This document shows positions 53,608 through 64,000 of a stretch of 64,000 bases of DNA, one piece after another (the first letter of the stretch is position 1; each line of letters begins with the position of its first letter). The position numbers and the translations under genes are program-made. Below the pieces are notes generated by a model. The model made no database searches. It had not been told where the DNA came from and worked only from the letters and a program-made list of their open reading frames with translations. Where the stretch lies: positions 255,141,747 to 255,205,746 of the forward strand of contig NC_085842.1 of assembly GCF_035594765.1 (NCBI RefSeq), in the 5' to 3' direction. This DNA is from Anolis carolinensis. Lineage: Eukaryota.

Positions 53608-55096
53608 TACTGTCCCCAAACTAGGTGTCACCTATCCTATTTCTATGCATTTTATTTTTTCTGGCTAAGCATAGAACCTTTTGTTTGTGAAAAATCATGC
53701 TTTAAAGGTACTTGAGGGTTTTTTTAAAAAATGTATTTTGTGCAATATATACTGGTTTTATGCAAAAAAAAAAAAAAAAAAGCTCAGGATTTTGAATTTG
53801 CTGCATGTCCAGCATGGCAAGCCATGACTATGTTTCCTGTATTTGAACATAACTATTTGAAGTTTCTATCCCTGACAAAGATAAAATGTTCTCATTTGGA
53901 CTAAACTGTAATTGGCAATTTGTACCTATACATCACCTACATTTTTTTCCCAGATGTTCAGTGTTCTCTGCCTAAGAAAGGGGCTTGTGGACAGAAACAG
54001 CTTGAATCCTCAGATACGTTATTTTACAAATACTAATGGAATTTAATTTTAATTGTCCTTTGTCTCATCCCCACATGTCCAAAAAGTGCCCTTTGCCCAC
54101 ATTGTGATCTCCCCTCAGAACAGCTGAACTACAACAAAAACTACATCCGATACAAATCGTAGGCCCATGACTCTATCATTATCACTTCTATACTCGCTGT
54201 ATTATTTTAATATCTTTTGCCTGATGAAGTCGGTGGAGCTTTGAATGCTTTCATGACATATGGGTTGAATTTTGGTTGAGAAGTAAAGGCTTTGTGAATG
54301 TTGGATTTTGTTGCATTTTGATTTTATGCAAAAACATTTATTTTAGGAAAAAGAAACAATTGTTGGAATTAAGAATTAAGAATTAAACAATTGTTGGAAT
54401 CTGTATTCACAATCACAATTGTGGTAACTTTTCTGGGCATTAGACAAAAAGAGAGAATGGGATCCTTTCTGTTAGTGATTGGGATGCGAGTAGATGATGT
54501 TTTCACTCTGCACCCACCAAGACCCCTGAAGCACATTGTTGTTGCAGCCATGCTTCCTGCAGCAGAGTTGTAGAAATGGTATCTGTCCATACCCTCATTG
54601 GCAGTAAAATGGAATATTTTTTTCTCTCCACATAGATGATGCCTTGCAGAGTAGGCTTGTGAGGCTAGGCCAAGAGATGCTCTTTAGCTAAGCAACTGAG
54701 GGAGTTCTGTAACAAAGTAGAACATTTAGAATTCTAGCCAGTTTTTTTTGTACAAATTGATTTTTATGCAAGGAAGTCCTGAAGTGTGGATATGAATATC
54801 TCACAGGAATTGACCTCCTCACAATCCCAAATATTGCATCAAGACATCCTTTCTCATGAAACACACAAATTTGGGTCATTCTCAATCATATGGACCTACC
54901 AAAGATTGGCAAAAAAAATTGCATTGAGAAGTGGGTTTCCCCCCCTTAAAGTGCTTGTGAAGCTAGTATGCTGCCAGATAAAAAAATGACCAAGTCCTTG
55001 AAAATTGTACTGCTGTATAACTTAATCATGAAGTAGAATAAAATATTGATAAATGCATGCTTACAATTTAAGATTCTAGAGGATTCACACTATTCA

Positions 55097-55291
<195 letters not shown>

Positions 55292-58105
55292 TCACGCTTC
55301 AGTCTCGCACATTTAAACAAGAATTGCTGTAAACCATATCTAAAAACAGAACATGGACAAACATCAGAATTGACCTTGTATGCCTCTGATCACGTCCACA
55401 ACAGTGTTTGCCTTGGGTCTATTACAACTACCAGTACTAAGCTGGCACTTTTTATTTGATCAATATTTCATCAGATTACCATGGTGTAAATTACTGGGTT
55501 TCACGGCTCTTTCTGTGCTCCTTGTTCTAACCTAACTTTGAAGACAGGCTTGATAAATGGGCAGGAGCTTATGAGGTACTATTTACAGCTATAGCAATTG
55601 ACATCTGCCAGTATAGTGTCAGTTTGAATAACACAGAGCTAGGTATGGCCTGAATATACTATCTATAGAGGGAGGGAGGAGGAGAGAGATCAGTGATAAA
55701 GTACTATCTTGCTGTAACAAAGAACAATCTCTATACATTTTATTTTTATTTTTTCAGGAAAGCATACATTAAAAATGCCCTGGGTATTAAACTAACTAGC
55801 CTATTTTTGTTGTTTTTCTTTCTTTCTTTCATCTCCTTTTTTCCTTCTTTTTCTTTTGGTATGCATGAGGTACAGAAGGGCCATGAAATCATTATTGGAC
55901 AATTATTAGTATGCAAGTCTAGGGCTTTTTACACAAAGAGGCAACAGTGTTTCAGAGAAAAGGATTTAACAACGGTTCCCAATCAATGGCACATAAGCAA
56001 GAAAATTCCAATCAATACTTTGGGTTGTTAAATTCTTTTCCAGCTTGATTGGTAAACAGGACAAGCACTCTTTTCCCATTTATATTTGCAAAAATAAATT
56101 CTAAAAAATAAATTGAGAATCAATACCTGCCCTAATTTCAGAAAAAAATAAAACTGAACGAAAACACAAAGAGAAAGGGAAGGGGAAAATGATGCACTGA
56201 TTATGTTCCGCTAGCATTTATTGTTTAGCAAAAATGGGGAATTATGCAAAACATCATTATTTATAGAAGGGCCAGGAGATCCAAAAACAATGAATAGCTC
56301 AAAAGTTGCAGTCTTTCTGATTGCAATCCAAAGGGGAATGGGAAGGACTGATGATGAATCTTATCTTGCACCTTGAGATGTGCCCATTGAAGGTTTTACA
56401 CAATAGCACATTTGTCTTTAAAGAAAGGATTAATTCTAATTCATTGAGCATCCTTCCCAATGTAATAATGTATCAGGAAGTTAAGATACAAGAAAACAAT
56501 TATCTACATCCAACAAATCATGATGAGAACTATTAGTGCGGATTCTTTCACAATTTCTATACCATCTTTATTTCTCCTTGTCTGTTGAGATTATGCTCAT
56601 ATAAATCAGCTCATATCCCAAGTTCTGACATAAAGACCATTTTGCCATCAATCGCTTTGCTGCAGGGCATCCATTCTACCAGGATATTCATGTGTGCAAA
56701 TTCTTTTGAAATATGATTGTAAGAATTGATGGTGCACTGTCCACCTACACTGCCTTAGGCAGTGCTGAATGAGGAGCCACTCAATTAATATTTAGCTAGA
56801 GTTCGAAGCTTTTAGAGGCCAAATAAGATTCACTATGTCACCTTATTCTTCCTAAAATAGTCACTGTGATGCAATGCTGCAGTAAATTGCCACCATGACT
56901 CTACAGCACATGGGAGTACAGACTTATTGCTTCCTTCTCCAACAAGCTACCATGATAGTGGAAGGTGGATACCTGAGTCCAACAAGGGAACTGGGATCTC
57001 TTTTAGTTCAGTTCTCAATACACAGTGCTCTTAATAAATGTTATGTTTGCTGTCAAGTCATCTCAGAATTTTTATTCTTATTACATCCTCAACTCCATCA
57101 TGGTTGACAGCACACCACTTTAATTTATTTATTAGTTCATTAATGTACCAGACATGAGAGTTAGGCCTGCAAGGGAAGTGAGATTTATAGGAGATTTAAG
57201 GGCAAGAACAGAACAGATAAATATGGTTGATTTCTGTGATCTGAGACTCTAAATGCTTTTTTAAAATGGTAAGAAGTGAGGACTACATCCATAATAATAA
57301 TGTAGAAATATAATAATTTGCATGCTTCTAGCATTTACTCAAGTAGAAACAAAACATCCATATGTATCCTCCAAAGTTGTACTTCCTCATTGGGATGCGA
57401 ATCTGCAAGCACTGTAGCAAATCTAAAGCAGACTTTCAGACTTCAGGCCTGAAGAGTGAACAGGTTGCAAAGTAAACCCAAAACAGTCTTCAGGGGAAAA
57501 GAAAAAGAAAGGAAAAGAAGGCAGACAGTTGCTTGTGGTACCAGTGGTGCCAGGGGCTGATGGAGCGGTATATTGACTTTACTTATAATAGTAGCAGTTT
57601 AAAAACCAGATGTCTGAAAATGAGCAGAGCAAGCCAAAAGAGGAAAATCAAGAGAAAACACTGACTGGAAGGGAGGGGGAAGATGAAATGCAATTAAAAT
57701 GAAAGGCCTGGGGGAGACAAAATGCAGACACAAGAGAGAAAGGATCAACACATAAATAAATATTGGCCCATCAACCACATTAAGGCTTATTCGAGTTATC
57801 TAAAGCCTAATTCCACAATATACTGTAATCTCCCTGGAGATTTAATAAGAAAGAGATTCTCCTAGATGTATGGCACCAGATTTTGCTATGCAAAAAGTAA
57901 AGAAGATGATTTAGCTCTTTCCCCTTTAGAATACAGAAAATATGATGGTGCTTGAAAAACTTGGCATCTGCAACAGTAAAATAAAAAGATGTCTATTTAC
58001 ATGCAGAATTCCATGTTTTGCTAGATCATGCATTCTGGGCAATGTTATAAGCAACAGTTATAAGCACATTTTTAACGTTAGCATGCTCCAGAATAGTTCC
58101 ATTTT

Positions 58106-58583
58106 TGAGGGTTATCCAGAAAGTACATTACGTTTTGGATTTTAAAATGAACAAAGTATAGGAGAAAACATTTACCATATGCAGTTGAAAGCCACACTCA
58201 AATACCACATCTCACGTAGTCAACCATTCAAATCTAGGCACTTATAGCAATAAATTAGTTTGGAAACTCCTTCCCCACTAAATTCTGCTGCCCCTGTCGT
58301 CAACCCTTCCCCCTCCTGCAGCTGCGCAGCGTCGCCAAAATGCTGCGTTGCCAGCCAGGCCCATTGTTGGAAACAAGTGATTGACGATGGAGGCAGCAGA
58401 ATTTAGTGGGGAAGGAGTTTCGAAGCTCATTTATCGCAATGATAAGTGCCTAGATTTGAATGGCGACTATGTTAAGAAGTAGTATTTGGGTGTGGATTTC
58501 AACTGCAATATGGTAAATGTTTTTCTCCTATATTTTGTTCATTTTTAAATCCAAAACATAATGTACTTTCTGGATAGCCCTCG
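58106..58583. mobile_element. Fold-back mariner MITE with ~200-bp inverted arms
   Basis: gagggttatccagaaagtacatta / taatgtactttctggatagccctcg|ta. The arm encodes mariner C-terminus AAEFSGEGVSKLIYRNDKCLDLNGDYVKK* (58393-58482). Confidence 0.9.
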
Positions 58584-59269
58584 TATGACTGCAGCCAGAA
58601 TAAGCGATTTAGGCTTTAATCTCATTGATGTTTACTTGGGAGTACCACTTAATAGACAATCATACATAAGACTGCAATGCAAAAACTGAAGTCAATATTG
58701 GATGTCAACTTCTGTAAAGAGTTACAAAATAAATAAATAGGCAAATAAATATACTACACATGGAAACGTCAGCCATCCTAATGATTGGGAGAAGCAATGT
58801 TTTTAATAAAGGCAGGATTGGGTGCCACAATATTTTAGAAGAGGAGAATGTACAACCACACTTGCACTAACAACTGTTTGCCTACAGGGGCAAAAGATGA
58901 AGAAACATATAAGTTGAGTTCCTTGTTGTCTTGTCTGTTTCTCCATTGCTAAAGATTCTTGAGTCTGATTTCACTTCCACTTGCCTCTCTTCCTCAGTAT
59001 TCTATGCTATAGTCAGTTGCTGCCCAACCTGACAAACCAGTCCCAAGGACAGGAAAGTTTTCCCTAACCCCAAGACAGCATGATACACAGCAGTAGTTCT
59101 AAATCCCCATCCTACACAAAATGTATCACACATTTCTTGAATACACTCTCATTTTCCTACAGGGTGAGTAGCATGGGGCCCACAGTGAAGAAAGCTTCTT
59201 CCTAAGAGGTCCTCACTGCCTTGGTCTCCCCCTTCTGCGGTGCCACCATCATCCAGTTGTTGCCACCTG

Positions 59270-59625
59270 CCAGGCTAAGCAGAGGCATGAGCCAGGCAAA
59301 AAGCCACCCACTGGGCCCGAGCCCTGCCTCGGTGCCTCCGTCGCTTGGCTCTCACCTCCTGCTGGCCTTGGCAAAGGCATGAGCTGGATAAGAGGCTCCC
59401 CGCCAGGGCTGGAACCTGCCTTGGTGTCTCCATTGCCCAGCTCTTATCTCCTGCCTCGCTCGGCAGAGGCATGAGCAGGGTGAGAGGCTCCCTGCCAGGC
59501 CCAGGTCCAGCCATGGCACTCTCACCGCCTGCTGGGCTTGGCAGAGGCATGAGCGTCTCCTCACCAGATCTGAGCCAGGGCCTTGTTGTGGGGGCCCTGG
59601 CACCTGGCTCTCACCGCCTGCCAGT
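59270..59625. repeat. GC-rich imperfect tandem array (~80-90-bp period)
   Basis: gca(g/a)aggcatgagc occurs near 59279, 59371, 59463 and 59541. Confidence 0.75.
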
Positions 59626-59629
59626 TAGT

Positions 59630-59917
59630 ATGTTAAGTTTGGTTCAATTCCATTGTTGGTGCAGTTCATAATGCTACTTGATATAATCGAAGCAACCGCA
59701 ACTCCCAAATGTCAGGGTCTATTTTCCCCAAACCGCTTCAGTATTTTCTGTTGTTCATGGGAGTTCTGTATACCAAGTTTGGTTCAATTCCATTGTTGGT
59801 GCAGTTCAGAATGTTCTTTGATTGCAGGTGCAACTGCCACTCTCAAATGCCAGGGTCTATTTTCCCTAAACTCCATCAGTGTTCAAATTTGGCCATATTG
59901 AGTATTTGTGCCAAGTT
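59630..59917. repeat. Two ~140-bp tandem units of an interspersed lizard repeat
   Basis: aagtttggttcaattccattgttggtgcagttca...cagggtctatttt x2. Confidence 0.8.
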
Positions 59918-60153
59918 AAATATTTCACAATATAATTACATATTGTTTTTGTGATTAATCATTATTCTTTAATTACGTTCAATTTGTAACAATGAAAATA
60001 CATCACGCATATCAGATATTTACATTCTGATTCATAAAAGTAGCAAAATAACAATTATAAAGTAGGAACAAAAATAATTTTATGGTTGGGGGTCGCCACA
60101 ACATGAGGAACTGTATTAAGGGTTCACGGCATTAGGAAGATTGAGGGCCACTG
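59918..60153 (+). mobile_element. SPIN (Space Invader, hAT) right end
   Basis: cagatatttacatt...ttttatggttgggggtcgccacaacatgaggaactgtattaag...cattaggaagattgagggccactg matches my recall of the SPIN/URR1 3' end. Confidence 0.82.
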
Positions 60154-60678
60154 CCTTAGACAAAACCGGACTATAGTGAACTGTTTTGTTTAGGTTTTCT
60201 CTCCATTCTCAATATCAAAATTAAAGGCAAAAATTGATTTCCTATGTTTGTAGAAATTTTATTCAAATATTTGCAGCAACAATATTTTCCCCAACACCTG
60301 GAAATATATTTATATCATCCTTAGCCAATTGTTCAATTCTTCATGATAGTGCAGATTAGGCAAAAAAAAGTAAAAAGGGAAAAGGAGAGAGGAATTCTTC
60401 TTTGACCTTGAAGGAACCAATGCTATTACACTGTGTAAGCAGATGGGAAGGTGGATCGAAGAATTCCAAGAAGGAAGATGGAGGGCAAGGCTGTCTTTTA
60501 AACACTTGCTCAGCCCTGCCTCCTCTTACCTTGAATGGAGAATATTTTTGCAATTGACCTCCCTCCTCAGGAAGCACTAAAATGCTGTCACACAGATCCA
60601 CTTTAGGGTAAGATAGGGTTCTCAAAACTTTTTCAGCCATAGAGCCCTTTTTGAAGCAAAAGTTTCTTGTGGATTTTC

Positions 60679-60752
60679 TATGTTATGTTATGTTATGTTA
60701 TGTTATGTTATGTTATGTTATGTTATGTTATGTTATGTTATGTTATGTTATG
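60679..60752. repeat. (TATGT)n pentanucleotide microsatellite
   Basis: Seen directly. Confidence 0.95.
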
Positions 60753-60856
60753 CTTATATATGTCAGGCATGTGCCGGGGCAGTGGCAGATTAATGGAGAA
60801 TATTTGTGTGAACGAAAAACAGTGCAAAAAAAGGAAAGAAAGAACAATAAAATATT

Positions 60857-61598
60857 TAGAATAGAATCACAGAATCATATCGTTGGAAGAGACCTCATGG
60901 ACCATCCATTCTAGCCCCCTGCCAAAAAGCAGGAAAATTGCATTCAAAGCACCTCCGACAGATGACCATCCAGCCTCTGCTTAAAAGCCTCCAAAGAAGG
61001 AGCCTCCACCACATTCTGGTACAGAGAGTTCCACTGCTGAACAGCTCTCACAGTGAGGAAGTTCTTCCTAATGTTCAGGTGGAATCTCCTTTCCTGTAGT
61101 TTGAAGCCATTGTTCCACATCCTAGTCTCCAGGGCACCAGAAAACAAGCTTGCTCCCTCCTCCCTATGACTTCTTCTTACATATTTATACATGGCCATCA
61201 TGTCTCCTCTCAGCCTTCTCTTCTGCAGGCTAAACATGCCCAGCTGTTTAAGTCGCTCTTCATAGGGCTTGTTCTTTAGGCCCTCGATCATTTTAGTCAC
61301 CCTCCTCTGGACACATTCCAGCTTGTCTACATCTCCCTTAAATTGTGGTGCCCAGAACTGGACACAGTATTCCAGGTGTGGTCTGACCAAGGCAGAATAG
61401 AGGGGTAGCATGACTTCCCTGGATCTAAACACTATACACTTATTAATGCAGTCCAAAAGTCAATTGGTCTTTTTTGCCACCACATCACCTTGTTGGCTGA
61501 TGTTTAACTTGTTGTCCACAAGGACTCAAATATCATTTTCACACATACTGCTGTAGAGCATTTCATTTTTTCTCCCTAAGTGGAGTATCATGCATTTG
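60857..61598 (-). mobile_element. CR1 LINE 3' fragment
   Basis: ORF 60944..61456 ([20 protein letters not shown]...RRLRGDM...FKQRLD). Confidence 0.95.
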
Positions 61599-63646
61599 AA
61601 GAAGAACTTTAATCAACATAAATGTAACAATATTTCAGTGGAAGACTGCATGGGCCATCCAGTCTAACCCCCTTCTGCAATGCAGTAAAAGCACAATCAA
61701 AGCACCACCAAAAAAGATGACCACCCAGTCTTTGTAACAACAACAACAACAACAACAACAACAGAAACCCCAGGGGGAAATGCAGTTTTGGAAGCCAAGA
61801 AATTGTGTTTGAGGGGATCTGGGTGGCAAGGAAAAGAGTCTGGGCAGTGAGGGAAGCAGGGGGAAAGGGTCTGTGCTCTGGGAGGACCTTGCTGCTGCTG
61901 TTGTTTCATTTTTCTGCATTTCTCAGGAGGAGGAGGAGGAGGAGGAGGAAATCATCATGGTGCTGTGGAGCCCTTCACTATCACTCATGGACCCCTAAGA
62001 ACTCCGCAGAGCACACTTTGAGAACTTCTGGTGTAGAGATTTGAAATATGTCTAGATATCATATATCCTCAGTATCAAATATGCATTCACTTTGGTTAAC
62101 ATAGTCGTTGATACTGATTTCAAACAGCTATATTTGCAAAAGTTCAAGAGTATGTTCAGTTTACACCCCCTCCCCCTACAAAATTTAAGGACACTAAAGA
62201 ATCTACTATTATTTCCATCAACATTTATTTATTTAATCAGCCCAAAGACACCTTACAGCAAGGAGAAACAATCTAGATTTCAATATTAGTTCTGATATTT
62301 ATAAACTAGAAAAGAAGATTTTTTATATAGAATTTACCAAACTATTAAGAAAATAAGGCTCAAGAATGTTTTAAAGCAAACCTGGAACTGTATGCAGAAA
62401 ATGAGTGATTTGAGTTAATCTGGATATTTAACAACTAAAGGCAAGGATTAAGGGCTCTGCTTATTTATCTGCGCCTGGATACCCACATCAAAAGCAGTTT
62501 TTGCTGCTAAAATAGTTTGTTCTTGTAAATATTTCAAGTTCATATATAAGTTACACTCTACCAGTACACATTGGCATCATTGCTTTCTAAAGCAGTTGAA
62601 CTACATACACTCATTAGATTTTTTTTTTCAAAATGACAAACTTGCGATATTCCTTTCTTCAGAGATACAACACAGTCCAAATAGATAATGCAGCATGAGA
62701 GATTAATTTGTTAGTAATACAGAGATTCACATCAGATATTGGTTATCATTTTAAAACATGCAGACATAACTCTTGCCAGCTGTCTTAGATTTTTTAAAAA
62801 GTGCTCTGTGTAATAAGATAACCTGTGTATTTTGAATATTCAGGTAAGAAGTCATTTACTCTGTCTTGGGGAAATGTTAAGCCAATTCATTTAACATCAG
62901 ATACACCTAGCAGGGATGTTTAAACAGCACAGTCCTTCTTCCATTAAAGACAATGGTAAATCTGGCATTGGTTTTAAGAGCTGGATTACATCCAAAATGA
63001 GTATTACAGTGTGAACAGAATTTAAAAATAATAATTTTTGTTATCCTGTACAGCCTAGTCAAATTGTACACAGTTATTGTGATTCATAGTGAAGTATTAT
63101 ATGGTGCCATGGCTCAAGCCAGATCCATTTCTTGTAAGACCTGGAAATATATACATTAATTAGAGCTACATCATGAAAGGTGAACCCTTGAATGACTGTA
63201 ATCCACCACACTATTTTTTCTTTTTATGCCTCACATCTGAGATGTGCCATTGAGAACTGGTTCAAGTAATTTCTGGTGATCCTGATAAGAACAGTGTGCT
63301 GTCTTTTTTGGTTTGGGGGAAAGCTCTCCCTGGCACTAACTCTCTCCAGGATCTTAACAAGTTAAACATTTTTAATTTTGACAAATAACCAGAGTAGCTC
63401 AAAAACAAAAAAAATAATCAGATTGAAGTCATTTTGAGGCAAAAACAATCATTTCTTTATTAAGAAGACAGAAAAAAATACCAATAGACGACACCCACAG
63501 AATAGTCTGTGTACAGTACAAGCTGTTTCTCAAAGGAAAAAAGTTGCTTCTGCTTGCTTTGGGAATCCTTCTGATCCTCCTGCTGTTTCCCTGCCAATAT
63601 AATCCTTTGCAAATTCTGCCTTGATGTATCACCTTTCCTATATTTA

Positions 63647-63915
63647 CCATATATACTCGAGTATAAGCCGATCCAAATATAAACCGAGGCACCTAATTTT
63701 ACCAGAAAAAATGGGAAAACATTGACTCCAGTATAAGCCGAGATACCAATAAAATTACATTAATTGAGGCACCAGCTGTTTAAATGTTTTTGAATCTTTA
63801 CATCAAACTGTAATTTAAGATATCACTGTCCAACTCTGATTAAATCATTATTTTCATCTTCTTCAATGTAAATGTGCTTATGTATACTTTTAATAATAAG
63901 AGTGAAAAAAGAAAT

Positions 63916-63969
<54 letters not shown>

Positions 63970-64000
63970 GCAGTTAAATAATAAATGTAATAATAAAATA
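63647..64000 (+). mobile_element. Tc2/pogo-like DNA transposon left end, with (AAT)n at 63917-63968; runs off the window
   Basis: ta|ccatatatactcgagtataagccg terminus with repeated agtataagccga subterminal motifs. Confidence 0.7.

Noticed and set aside
56748-56764. Palindrome cactgccttaggcagtg as a possible SPIN left end or footprint
   Set aside because: Spacing does not fit an 8-bp TSD plus CAGTG, and no SPIN sequence follows.

Overview
AT-rich vertebrate (squamate, very likely Anolis-type lizard) genomic DNA. The window lies inside a large minus-strand gene of the contactin-associated protein-like family (CNTNAP3/CNTNAP4 type). Two coding exons are present: exon 2 (55165-55275, 111 bp) and exon 3 (5792-5985, 194 bp, F5/8 discoidin domain), separated by a ~49.2 kb intron. 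Everything else is intron packed with transposable elements: CR1, L2, RTE and R4/Dong LINE pieces, three tRNA-derived SINE families, Penelope terminal repeats, many hAT MITEs with readable 8-bp target-site duplications (TSDs), a SPIN end, Tc1/mariner and Harbinger MITEs, a mini-Helitron and an LTR. Almost all ORF-track entries are spurious or TE-derived. The best leads are decayed hammerhead-ribozyme motifs in the Penelope repeats, modular hAT elements that share ends but carry different cargo, a fold-back mariner built from two right ends, and inverted CR1 copies bracketing the frame-symmetric exon 2. I cannot show that any of this is a new system. Repeat family names come from recall, not from a database search.
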